In this document: in pieces, positions 30,542 to 39,649 of the stretch | Numbering within the stretch: position 1 is the first letter of the stretch | Layout of the letters: each line of letters begins with the position of its first letter | Origin: Candidatus Eiseniibacteriota bacterium | GTDB lineage: Bacteria; Eisenbacteria; RBG-16-71-46; CAZAMP01 | Direction of reading: 5' to 3' | NCBI GenBank assembly: GCA_965224245.1 | Contig: OZ245046.1 | Location: 3,904,001 to 3,968,000 of the forward strand | DNA: 64,000 nucleotides | Notes under the pieces: generated by a model | Database searches by the model: none | The model's input: the letters and a program-made list of their open reading frames with translations, nothing else | Told to the model about the DNA's origin: nothing | Program-made: the position numbers and the translations under genes

Positions 30542-31144
30542 ATGATGGGATCCCCATCGGGTCCGTCGGATCGGGCCGCCGCCAGCGACACGACGATGCT
30601 CCTCCGCCGCGCACAGGCGGGCGACGATCACGCGCTCGAGCACCTGATCCGACATCTGGGTCCGCGCCTCTCGCGCTGGGCGAGCGGACGGCTTCCCGAT
30701 CACGCGCGCGACCTGGTGGAGACGAGCGACCTGGTCCAGGAGGCGCTGGTCAACAGCGTCCGGCGAATCCCGACGTTCGCGCCGGCCAGAAGCCGGGCGT
30801 TCTTCGGGTACCTCCGCCAGGCCGTGCTCAATCGCATGCGAGACGAGCTACGGCGCGTCGGCCGACAGGGCGATCGGGATCCGATGCCGGACGACGTGAT
30901 GACCGCCGGCCCATCTCCACTCGAGGACTTGCTGGGGCGCGAGGTCCTCGACCGCTACGACAGCGCACTGGCCCGGCTGCGCGTCGAGGAGCGAGAGGCG
31001 ATCGTCGCACGCGTCGAGCTCGGGCTGGAGTTCGCCGACGTCGCCGGCATGCTGGGGAAGGCGTCACCCGATGCGGCGCGGATGGTCGTGAACCGAGCGA
31101 TGATCAAGCTGGCGAAGGAGATGTCACGCGATGCCGACCGATGA
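30542..31144 (+). CDS. ECF sigma factor
   Basis: LLRRAQAGD..AL..L, ETSDLVQEAL, YLRQAVLNRMRD, REAIVARVELG, AARM.VNRA..KLA. Confidence 0.9.
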   Translation: MMGSPSGPSDRAAASDTTMLLRRAQAGDDHALEHLIRHLGPRLSRWASGRLPDHARDLVETSDLVQEALVNSVRRIPTFAPARSRAFFGYLRQAVLNRMRDELRRVGRQGDRDPMPDDVMTAGPSPLEDLLGREVLDRYDSALARLRVEEREAIVARVELGLEFADVAGMLGKASPDAARMVVNRAMIKLAKEMSRDADR

Positions 31145-31940
31145 TCATCTGCTGCGCCTGGCGAACGACGTCTCGCTGGGGCGCACGCCTGACTGGGACG
31201 CCGAGCGAGATCGGACCCGGGATGCCCCCGAACGCCGGGTGGTGGACGCCCTGGCCACCATCGCCCGGATCGCGGGCGCGGCCCGGAGCACGACACGGGC
31301 CGACACGATCGCGTTCGACGGACACCTCCTCCCGGAGATGTCGTACTGGGGCTCTTACCTCGTGGTGAGCCGGGTACGGCGCGATCCGCTCGGTGACGTC
31401 TATCTCGCCGTCGACCGCGCGCGGCGCCGGGACGTCGCGCTCCGGCTCGTGGATCGGAGCCATCCGGACGTCGCCGCCATCCGGGCTCGGGCCGAGACCT
31501 GGCTCGGGGCGGGACACGAAAACGTGGTGGGCGTGATCGCGGTCGAGTCTCACGACGATCGCATCGGGATCGTCACCGAGTACCTGTCGGGTCGGACGCT
31601 CGCCTCGATGCTCGACCGGTCCGTGCGAGAGAGCCTCCCGGCCGCGTCCGCGGATGACGTGCAGCACGCGCTCCGGAGCGCCATCGCCTTTGCCCGCGAG
31701 ACCGGGCGGGAGATCGGAGTCCCCGGCACCGATGACGTGTGGATCGAGCCGGACGGACGCGTCGTCGTCACGTGCGTGCTGGGTGCGCCGGCCGACGGCG
31801 TGACCGGGTCGCGGGTCGTCGATGACGCCGTGCGGCGGCTGACGTCCCGGGTTGGAGGGGGTACACCGGTGACCGGGCGCGGTCACGGCGCGCTCGCGCG
31901 CGTGCGTCGATGGATCGGACGGCGCCCTGGGCGGGCGTGA
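31131..31940 (+). CDS. Ser/Thr pseudokinase (degenerate kinase domain)
   Basis: Kinase-like GDVYLAVD..RRDVALR, HENVV, IVTEYLSGRTL. The Gly loop, catalytic Lys, HRD and DFG are all absent. Overlaps the ECF stop. Confidence 0.7.
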   Translation: MPTDDHLLRLANDVSLGRTPDWDAERDRTRDAPERRVVDALATIARIAGAARSTTRADTIAFDGHLLPEMSYWGSYLVVSRVRRDPLGDVYLAVDRARRRDVALRLVDRSHPDVAAIRARAETWLGAGHENVVGVIAVESHDDRIGIVTEYLSGRTLASMLDRSVRESLPAASADDVQHALRSAIAFARETGREIGVPGTDDVWIEPDGRVVVTCVLGAPADGVTGSRVVDDAVRRLTSRVGGGTPVTGRGHGALARVRRWIGRRPGRA

Positions 31941-31944
31941 CGGG

Positions 31945-33516
31945 TCACGCCACCGCGACGGTCCCCGTCTCGATCATCTCCACGAATGCCCGGACGAGGG
32001 ACGGATCGAAGACCCGGCCGGCGTCGTCCGAGAGGATCGTCAGCGCGGTGTCCACCTCGTACGCCGGGCGATGGGGACGCTCGTGGGTGAGCGCGTCGAA
32101 CGCGTTCGCGAGCGCGACGATTCGCGCCCCGATGGGGATCGACTCCTCGCCGAAACCGAGCGGATAGCCCGTCCCGTCCCAGTGCTCGTGGTGACACCGC
32201 ACGATCTCGGCCACCGCGTTCAGGGGGCCGGTGTCCGACAGCGTCGCCGCCGCGCGCAGGGGCGCCTCGGCGAGATGCTCGCGCTCGACGTCGCCGATCT
32301 CCCGGGGCTCGTCCAGCATCTCGTAGATCTCGATCAGGCCGAGGTCGTGGAGCTGCCCCCCGAGCCGGATCGCATCGACCTGGCTCGTGTCGAGACCGAT
32401 GCGCTGGGCGAGCGCGACCGCGAGCCGCGAGACCCGATCCGAGTGACCGGCCATGCCGGTGTGCCGGCTCTCGAGCCTCCGGATCAGCGACGACGACGTC
32501 TCGAGCAACGAGCGCTGCATGTCGGCGATGGCGTAATGCTTCGACATCGCGACCGAGACCGAGCGCGCGATCCCGGCGATCAGGTCCAGGTTCTGATCCG
32601 AGGGTGACTCGGGGGGCCCGTGCGCGATCGCGCCCACGAGCTCGCCGTCGACGTGGACCGGAAACAGATACGCGATGCCCGCGGCCTCCAGCGGCGCCAC
32701 CTCGGCCCGCGTCTCGCGGCGCGCCGACAGCGGCGCGAGGCTGAGCAGGCGGTCGTTCTGCCCGACGAGCTCGGCGAGCACGCCGTCGGGCGCGAACGCG
32801 AGCCCCTCCGCCGGCTCGCGCGTCCACCCGCGGCCGGCCCGGAGCGAGATCCGTCCATCCTCGTCGCGGAGGAACAGCGCGGTGACACCCAGATTGAGGT
32901 ATCCCACCGCCACCGTCACGAACTTCGTCACCAGCTCGTCGGGAGCGTCCGACTGTCCCAGCTCCTGGAGCACGCGGACGATCGAGCCCATGCGGAAGAG
33001 CCGGCTCCGCATCTCGGTACGCGACTCCTCGAGGGCACGTTCACCCTGCGAGAGCTTCCGCTCGAGCGCGCTCACGCGGCGGGTCAGGTTCTCGCTCTCG
33101 TGAACCCGGTCCAGGATCCGGCGGATGCGCAGGATCAGCTCGCGGGGCGAGAAGGGCTTGGCGATGTAGTCGTCCGCGCCGTTGCGGAGCCCCTTGAGCT
33201 TGGCCTCCGACGACGCGTTGGAGGAGATCAGGATCACCGGCAGGTGCTCGAACGCGGGGCTTCCCCGGAGACTCTCCAGCACCTCGAGACCGCTCCGCCG
33301 GGGCAGCTCGTCGTCGAGCACGACGAGGTCTGGATTCGAGCCGCTGACCCGCCGGACGGCCTCGTCGCCGTTGTTCGCGGTGACGACGTCGAACCCGCGG
33401 CCCGACAGCGTGATCTGCAGGAGGTCCAGCACGCGGGAGTCGTCGTCGACGACGAGGATCTTCTCGCCTTCACGGGCGGCCAGGCGGCCGGAGGCGCCCT
33501 TCCCTCTCTTGGACAT
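31945..33516 (-). CDS. Response regulator with REC-GAF-HD-GYP domains (c-di-GMP phosphodiesterase)
   Basis: ILVVDDD, LVVLD, AKPF; GHSDRV, LHDLG, HHEHWDGTGYP, ARIVALANAFDA. Confidence 0.9.
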   Translation of the reverse strand: MSKRGKGASGRLAAREGEKILVVDDDSRVLDLLQITLSGRGFDVVTANNGDEAVRRVSGSNPDLVVLDDELPRRSGLEVLESLRGSPAFEHLPVILISSNASSEAKLKGLRNGADDYIAKPFSPRELILRIRRILDRVHESENLTRRVSALERKLSQGERALEESRTEMRSRLFRMGSIVRVLQELGQSDAPDELVTKFVTVAVGYLNLGVTALFLRDEDGRISLRAGRGWTREPAEGLAFAPDGVLAELVGQNDRLLSLAPLSARRETRAEVAPLEAAGIAYLFPVHVDGELVGAIAHGPPESPSDQNLDLIAGIARSVSVAMSKHYAIADMQRSLLETSSSLIRRLESRHTGMAGHSDRVSRLAVALAQRIGLDTSQVDAIRLGGQLHDLGLIEIYEMLDEPREIGDVEREHLAEAPLRAAATLSDTGPLNAVAEIVRCHHEHWDGTGYPLGFGEESIPIGARIVALANAFDALTHERPHRPAYEVDTALTILSDDAGRVFDPSLVRAFVEMIETGTVAVA

Positions 33517-33637
33517 GGATGCTCCTTGCAAGCGACGCGGTGGGCCGTTGGCTGACGTATCGGCTGGCAGACGCCGCGCCTTGCGCGGTCGCGGGAACGC
33601 GTGGCTGGACCGGCGCAGAGCGCCGGCTGAGAGGAGC

Positions 33638-34720
33638 CTATTCCTGGACGAAGCTCGGCGGCATGACCCGGAGCATCGTGCCGTCTCGAAGATCGCCGTA
33701 CGTCGCGACGACCCAGAGATAGCCGATTCCCTCGTCGACCGCCGTCGGCAATCCCACCGTGTTCGGCGTGACGACCCCGGAGACGGGGTCGATCGTGGCC
33801 ACCGGCACGCCGAAGAGGTCGCGGCTGATCGGATAGACGACGTCGTTGAAGTTGCGGTCCTCGACGACGTAGGTCGTGCGCGGTCCCACCAGGCCCCACA
33901 GGCCCTCGAGCAGCCACTGCCCGGTGCCGGACTCGAAGTCGTCGATGAACACGACCTCACCGTCGGCGAGAAGCAGCACGTCGTCGATCGTCCAGCCCTC
34001 GGCCTCGTAGGCCGGGCTCGACGTGGTCACGAATCGCAGCTCGATCGTCTGCCCGGCGTAAGCGGACAGATCGACCTCGCCGGGCCAGAACGACCCGACG
34101 AAGCCGGCCACGAACGTGTACGTCTCGAGCACCTCCCAGTCGCCCGTCGTGCGCACCTCGACGGTGCCGGTGTCCGAGAACGCGTTGAAGCGGAAGTTCC
34201 AGTGGTGCCAGAACCGGAGGACCACCGACTCGGCGGCCGGGATCGCCAGCGGCGTGGCGACCGTGGCCGCGAAGCTGTCGAACTCGGGATACATGCCCTC
34301 GGGGCTGTCGCAGAGCGCGAATTGCCCCGAGTGCGCGTCGGACGCCGTATCCGAGATGGCCCAGGAGGCCGCGACCGGACCGATCTCGATGTCGTCGCCG
34401 AGCCCCCACTCGGTCACGCCGTTGGGCCCCCGCGAGTAGCCGATGGCGTCGAGGTCCTGGGACTTGCGAACGTCGAGCCCCCCGATGCCGAGCGGACCCC
34501 GGATCGCGAGACAGCCTCCGCCGGCGAGCACCCAGGTGCCCCCGACCGTGGCCGGCGGGCGCTCGCCGGGATGCGACTCGTCCTGCTCGGCGATCATGAT
34601 GTAGTCGACGGTGCTGGCGATCTCTGCGCGGACGTCGTGGTCGCCGCCGCTCAGGGCGGCCAGCACGATCGCGGCGCTCGGGATGAGACGAGCGGCGCTC
34701 GGGATGAGACGAGATGTCAC
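33638..34720 (-). CDS. Secreted protein: QHNDH alpha-subunit domain IV-like Ig domain with inserted jelly-roll (immune-inhibitor-A/cleaved-adhesin-like) domain
   Basis: Signal peptide; DAIGYSRGPNG..DDIEIGPVAASW and IDPVSGVVTP..GYLWVVAT flank LRFWHHW..D.G.VEV..VDLSAYAGQTIELRF..GWTIDDV. Confidence 0.55.
   Translation of the reverse strand: MTSRLIPSAARLIPSAAIVLAALSGGDHDVRAEIASTVDYIMIAEQDESHPGERPPATVGGTWVLAGGGCLAIRGPLGIGGLDVRKSQDLDAIGYSRGPNGVTEWGLGDDIEIGPVAASWAISDTASDAHSGQFALCDSPEGMYPEFDSFAATVATPLAIPAAESVVLRFWHHWNFRFNAFSDTGTVEVRTTGDWEVLETYTFVAGFVGSFWPGEVDLSAYAGQTIELRFVTTSSPAYEAEGWTIDDVLLLADGEVVFIDDFESGTGQWLLEGLWGLVGPRTTYVVEDRNFNDVVYPISRDLFGVPVATIDPVSGVVTPNTVGLPTAVDEGIGYLWVVATYGDLRDGTMLRVMPPSFVQE
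34671..34712. repeat. Perfect 21-bp tandem duplication in the signal-peptide coding region
   Basis: GCGGCGCTCGGGATGAGACGA x2, encoding RLIPSAA twice. Confidence 0.9.
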
Positions 34721-35742
34721 GTGGATGCCTCGTGCGGTTCTGGCCGTGTCTCCGAGTATAGCGGCGGATCACCGGTGCCGGGAACAGGCGTCGGCGAATC
34801 CGGCGGTGTCGTTTCGGGCGTCGGCCACCGGGCGACGTCGGCCGCGCCGTCCGCGGCCAGGGACGCAACCGATCGGCTGCGCGAGACGATCCGCCGCCCG
34901 TCGGTGGCCTGCGCCTCCAGGCCCGAGCTGACGCTCGCGATCGTGTCCAGGAGATCGTCCAGTCGTCCGCCGAGGCGCTCGACGATGCCGCGCACGCGCC
35001 GTCCGGCGGGCTGGGTCGGGTCGGCGCGATCGATCTCTCCCAGGATCGCGGTGACCGACCCGCGAAGCTCCTTCACCGCGACCGCCACCTCGAGGAGTGT
35101 CAGGAACGCCTGTTCGCGAGCGGATGCCGTTGTCCCGGCGTCGGTTCCAATCGATTCCGCATCGGCGAGAATCGACTCCAGCACACGCCCCACGCGGTGC
35201 TCGTGGCGCGCGAGCCGCTCCACGAGCGCGCGAAACGCCGCCCCCACGGGCGCCAGCGCGCCGGTGCACTCGGCCGCGTCGCCCGCCGACTCGGACGTAC
35301 CGATGCGGTCCAGGCACCGGACGATGGTCTGGACGTCGGCCTCGGTGACGGTGTTGTCCTCGTCGGCGAGCGCAGCGCTGGCCTGAAGCGCCATCACCTC
35401 GGTGTAGAGCCGCCGAACCTCCCAGTCGGCGCGCCGGTGGAGCGAGGCTCCCGGGCGAAGCGGTCGACCCGCGGCCAGCGCCTCGGACATCTCGTCGATC
35501 GGCGTTCGAATCACGCCCGCGACGTGACGGGCCCACGCCACGGTCCACACGCCGGTGAGTCCCAGAACGAGCGTGCACGTCACCCAGAGGACCGTTTGCG
35601 TGGGATCGGCAAAAACGACGAAGCAAGTCAGCGCCAGCGTGGTTGAACAGACAGGAACGGTGGCGAGGGCCACGAGGCGCGCCGTCAGCATCCCCCCGCG
35701 CGCGAGATCCGGCGACGACCGGTCTCGGCTCGTCTCGTTCAT
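34717..35742 (-). CDS. 2-TM membrane protein with HAMP-like and coiled-coil region (degenerate chemoreceptor-like)
   Basis: Two TMs; IRTPIDEMSEAL..RRADWEVRRL (HAMP-like); helical C-terminus; no MCP hairpin-tip or kinase motif. Confidence 0.55.
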   Translation of the reverse strand: MNETSRDRSSPDLARGGMLTARLVALATVPVCSTTLALTCFVVFADPTQTVLWVTCTLVLGLTGVWTVAWARHVAGVIRTPIDEMSEALAAGRPLRPGASLHRRADWEVRRLYTEVMALQASAALADEDNTVTEADVQTIVRCLDRIGTSESAGDAAECTGALAPVGAAFRALVERLARHEHRVGRVLESILADAESIGTDAGTTASAREQAFLTLLEVAVAVKELRGSVTAILGEIDRADPTQPAGRRVRGIVERLGGRLDDLLDTIASVSSGLEAQATDGRRIVSRSRSVASLAADGAADVARWPTPETTPPDSPTPVPGTGDPPLYSETRPEPHEAST

Positions 35743-35781
35743 CGATCCCCCGTGCAGTTTGCAAGGGTCGACAGGTGATCG

Positions 35782-35818
35782 GCGCAATGCGCACGCGTCG
35801 GCGCCGGTCGCATTGCGC
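35782..35818. promoter_or_regulatory. 10-bp inverted repeat, candidate enhancer-binding-protein site
   Basis: GCGCAATGCG-N17-CGCATTGCGC, 120-155 bp upstream of the sigma-54 site. Confidence 0.45.
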
Positions 35819-35937
35819 GGTTCGGTGAGCCGGAGCATCCGCGATCCCCCGGGCGCGTGCAAGCCGGTCGGTGCAACCCACGCCGGGGCAGGCATCAACG
35901 TCGAGCGTGGCCCGAGGCACATCTCGGCCCGATCGCG

Positions 35938-35953
35938 TGGCACACCACTTGCT
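35938..35953 (+). promoter_or_regulatory. Sigma-54 (-24/-12) promoter
   Basis: TGGCACaccacTTGCT matches TGGCAC-N5-TTGCW exactly; intergenic, upstream of the 36080 gene. Confidence 0.75.
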
Positions 35954-36079
35954 CAAACCGGTTGCGATCGTACGCACGGACCGAACGACACGCTCCGCTC
36001 GATGCGCTCGACGCGACGCCGCCCGCGGCGGTGGTCACCGGTGGCACGATGCGGAGGACCTCGGGAAGGAAGGCACAAG

Positions 36080-36868
36080 ATGGAGGGCAGCCGGCGAGAA
36101 CCGCTGGCCTACTCGCTCGAGGATCGCGAGGCGGCTCCGACGTTTCAGTTCATGCTGAAGTGTCTGCTCTATTCGCGCCTGCAAACCGGGCTCGTCTCCA
36201 ACCGGGACTACTACGACGAGGACGTGAACGTCTACGTCGCGCACCTGCTTCAGGCGTTCATCAACCCCGACTACATCGAGCGCGTTCGCCCGTACCTCTC
36301 TCAGTACGATTCCGACGTCTTCGCCAAGCTCGCCGACTCGAGCGACGCGCGGCTGAAGTACACGATCTACAAGACCAACGCCGACTTTCTCCTGATCTCG
36401 ATGGGGCTGTTCGACGACGCCACCGCGATGGCGCCCGACCGGCGCCGCGGCGGGGAGAAGTCATGGCGGCATCCGTCCGAAGAGGCCTACGCGGGACGCG
36501 GGCGCACGTACTACCGCTTCGCGTACACGTACAGCCAGCGCCTGCCCCGCAAGAACTCCGGCATCAGCGACGTGCTGGAGAAGCTGGCCGTCGGCTTCGA
36601 CCGCTACACGACGATCCTCGCCCACATGCGCGGGGAGTACTTCGATCTGATGAACCGACTCTCGGAAGGAGAGGTCTTTCACCTCCAGCGCGCGGTCAAC
36701 GACGACGCCCGAAAGGAAGAGGTGAAGCTCAAGCAGGACGCGCTGCTCGATCTCTACAACGCGTGGCGCGAGCGACCCGACCGGGAGACGCTGGCGCAGC
36801 TCGAGGAGCTGGTGGCCGAGCTCAAGACGCTCGACCCGGGTTTCGACTTCAAGCTGCCGGAGGCCTGA
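36080..36868 (+). CDS. Conserved-looking cytoplasmic helical hypothetical protein
   Basis: GAAGG RBS; strong GC3 codon bias; DVNVYVAHLL, YKTNADFLL..GLF, YAGRGRTYY. Confidence 0.75.
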   Translation: MEGSRREPLAYSLEDREAAPTFQFMLKCLLYSRLQTGLVSNRDYYDEDVNVYVAHLLQAFINPDYIERVRPYLSQYDSDVFAKLADSSDARLKYTIYKTNADFLLISMGLFDDATAMAPDRRRGGEKSWRHPSEEAYAGRGRTYYRFAYTYSQRLPRKNSGISDVLEKLAVGFDRYTTILAHMRGEYFDLMNRLSEGEVFHLQRAVNDDARKEEVKLKQDALLDLYNAWRERPDRETLAQLEELVAELKTLDPGFDFKLPEA

Positions 36869-37026
36869 GCACGCACGACGGTTCGGATTGGGCGCCTCCA
36901 TCTCTTGCTGAACACCGTGCGTCGCGCCCGCTCGGGGCTCTCTCCCTTCACCTCGGTTGACACCCTGCGGGAGAGAGCCCGTTTTCGTCTCGCCGGGATG
37001 CTATGATCGCGCGCGGAGGTTCCCAC

Positions 37027-38292
37027 ATGAACGCGCGCTCTCTCGTTCGCTCGAGCCGTCGTCACGGCGACCGCCTCGTCGTCCTCGCCTCGCTGACGGT
37101 GCTCCTCGCAACCGGACCGCCCCTCGCGCGCGCCGACGACGTCGTCGTGCGCGTCGAGGTCGGCAACGACCTGGCCCGCATCCTGGACGAGGCGGCCGCG
37201 GGGACACGTGTCGAGCTGGCGCCCGGCACGCATCGGCTACGGCCGCATCCGTTCACCGAGTCCACCTGCGGGAACTGCGAGGACCCCGACACGCCGGTGA
37301 CGGTCACTGTGGGCGCGATCGTGTCCGCGGACGCGATCCGCGTGGTGGGCGACGAGGCGGGCTCCACCATCGAGACCAACGCCGGGTACGGTCTCCTGTT
37401 CGACGGATGCGACGGCGGCGCGATCGAGAACGTGACCATCACCGGCGGGAGACGTGACCCCGATGGCAACGCCACGTCGGCCGCGATCGTCGTGAAGCAC
37501 GGCAGCATCGAGGTGATCGGCTGCCGGATCGAGGACAACGTCGGCGACCCCGAGATCGTGCGCGAGATCGTCGTCGGCATCATCGGCATCGCGGTCCGTG
37601 AGGGCGGCGAGCTCTGGGCTCACGGCAACGTGATCCGACGGAACTCGTGGGATGGCATCGCCCTCTACCGGGGCGCGCTGGCCGAGATCACCGACAACGT
37701 CGTCGACGGCGTCGACGCCGCCCGGGGCGGCGACGTGGGTGGCGGGCGCGGCGTGGGCATCGGGGTCACGTGGGACGCGCATGCCGTGATCAGGGGCAAC
37801 CTCGTCCGGAACTACTGGAAGGGCATCGGCCTCTTCGTCGACGCGTACGGCGAGGTCAGCGAGAACATCGTCGAGGACGTGCTCACCTGGGGCATCTCGC
37901 TGTGGGATGCGGGCAAGGGAACGCCCCAGGGATGGATCCGGCGGAACGCGGTCTACCGGACCGGCGCATGCGGCATCTCCATCGTGCGCGCGAGCGACGA
38001 GGCCCCGTCCGGAGCGCTCGAGGGCAACATCGTGATCGAGACCGGTCGCGACCCACGCTACGACTCGGGCGAGCCGTACTGCGAGCAGACCGCGATCGCA
38101 CGACACGCGGTGCCCGAGCACTTCGAGATCACCGAGAACGTCCTGTGGCGAAACCGCGAGCCGAACGACGCGCCGGGCCGTGACGACGCGGGGGGCGAGG
38201 ATCTCCCCGAGAGCGCCGGGCCCACCCTGTCGCGACTGGGGCAGCACGAATCGCTCTGGCGGTCGGCGTTCCTGGTCCGGTTCGGCAGCTGA
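37027..38292 (+). CDS. Secreted right-handed beta-helix (pectin-lyase-like) protein
   Basis: GGAGG RBS; signal peptide; repeated GI.l/N.i motifs (GNVIRRNSWDGIAL, GNLVRNYWKGIGL); CGNC motif. Confidence 0.85.
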   Translation: MNARSLVRSSRRHGDRLVVLASLTVLLATGPPLARADDVVVRVEVGNDLARILDEAAAGTRVELAPGTHRLRPHPFTESTCGNCEDPDTPVTVTVGAIVSADAIRVVGDEAGSTIETNAGYGLLFDGCDGGAIENVTITGGRRDPDGNATSAAIVVKHGSIEVIGCRIEDNVGDPEIVREIVVGIIGIAVREGGELWAHGNVIRRNSWDGIALYRGALAEITDNVVDGVDAARGGDVGGGRGVGIGVTWDAHAVIRGNLVRNYWKGIGLFVDAYGEVSENIVEDVLTWGISLWDAGKGTPQGWIRRNAVYRTGACGISIVRASDEAPSGALEGNIVIETGRDPRYDSGEPYCEQTAIARHAVPEHFEITENVLWRNREPNDAPGRDDAGGEDLPESAGPTLSRLGQHESLWRSAFLVRFGS

Positions 38293-38423
38293 GCGATCGA
38301 ACGCGTCCCGGCTGTGCTACCCTGTTCCGGCTCGACGCGGGCACGGGAGCGATCGCGGCTCCGAATCCCGCAAGTCGTTTCTTGTTTTACGCTTAGCAGA
38401 TCTGCGAAAGGGTGACCCGAGCC

Positions 38424-39611
38424 ATGGCGAAGCACACCATCGTGTCGATGCCCGGAGACGGCATCGGCAAGGTCGTTCTCCCCGAGGCCGTTCGCGTCCT
38501 CGACGCCGCCGGCTTCGACGCCGAGTACGTCCACGGCGACATCGGCTGGGAGTTCTGGATCACCGAGGGCAACGCGCTGCCGGCGCGCACGATCGATCTG
38601 ATCGCCGAGCACCGGGTGGCGCTCTTCGGCGCCATCACGTCCAAGCCGAAGGACGCGGCCGCGCGCGAGCTGAGCCCGTCGCTCGCGGACCAGGGATACG
38701 TCTACTTCAGCCCGATCGTCGGTCTGCGCCAGCACTTCGACCTCGACGTCAGCGTTCGACCATGCCTGTCGTTCCCCGGCAACCCCCTGAACTTCGTCCG
38801 GCGCGCCGCGGACGGCGGCCTCGACGAGCCGCGCGTGAACGCGGTCATCTTCCGCCAGAACACCGAGGGGCTCTACGGCGGCGTCGAGTGGACGGATCCG
38901 CCCCCCCGGGTCCGCGACGCGCTGAACACGCACCCCAAGATGAAGGCCTTCGCCGACGTTCCGGGCGAGGACCTCGCGGTGTCCACGCGAATCTTCACCC
39001 GTAACGCATGCCGGCGCATCTGTCGGGCTGCGTTCGAGCACGCGAAGACGTACGGCTACCCGAGCGTGACGGTGTGCGAGAAGCCGAACGTGATCCGTGA
39101 GACCAGCGGCATGATGCTGGCCGAGGCGCGGGCGATGCAGAAGGCCGACTACCCCGACATCCAGCTCTGGGACACCAACATCGACGCGATGATGATGTGG
39201 CTGACCAAGAACCCCGAGGACTACGGCCCCATCGTCGCGGGAAACATGTTCGGGGACATCATCTCCGACGGGTTCGCCGGCCTCGTGGGCGGTCTCGGCT
39301 TCGCGTGCAGCGCCAACGTCGGTGACGACGTGGCCGTGTTCGAGCCGACCCACGGCTCGGCGCCGAAGTACGAGGCGCTCGATCCCTCCATCGTGAACCC
39401 GATCGCGATGATCCTGTCGGCGTGCATGATGCTGGACCACGTGGGCGAGGTCGACCGCGCCCGCCGGATCCGCACCGCGATCGGGGACGTCGTGGCCGAG
39501 GGCGAGGTCCGCACGTACGACATGCTGAAGCTCCGGGGCGGGCCCGACGTCGTCTCGAAAGGGGCGGCGACGACGCGCCAGATGACCGACGCCGTCATCG
39601 CGAAGCTGTAG
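38424..39611 (+). CDS. Isocitrate/isopropylmalate (beta-decarboxylating) dehydrogenase family
   Basis: PGDGIG, RQNTEGLY, NMFGDIISD, FEPTHGSAPKY, NPIAMILS. Substrate not assignable by eye. Confidence 0.93.
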   Translation: MAKHTIVSMPGDGIGKVVLPEAVRVLDAAGFDAEYVHGDIGWEFWITEGNALPARTIDLIAEHRVALFGAITSKPKDAAARELSPSLADQGYVYFSPIVGLRQHFDLDVSVRPCLSFPGNPLNFVRRAADGGLDEPRVNAVIFRQNTEGLYGGVEWTDPPPRVRDALNTHPKMKAFADVPGEDLAVSTRIFTRNACRRICRAAFEHAKTYGYPSVTVCEKPNVIRETSGMMLAEARAMQKADYPDIQLWDTNIDAMMMWLTKNPEDYGPIVAGNMFGDIISDGFAGLVGGLGFACSANVGDDVAVFEPTHGSAPKYEALDPSIVNPIAMILSACMMLDHVGEVDRARRIRTAIGDVVAEGEVRTYDMLKLRGGPDVVSKGAATTRQMTDAVIAKL

Positions 39612-39649
39612 CGGAGTCGACGGGGGCCTGGCGCGGCGCTCGCGACCCG

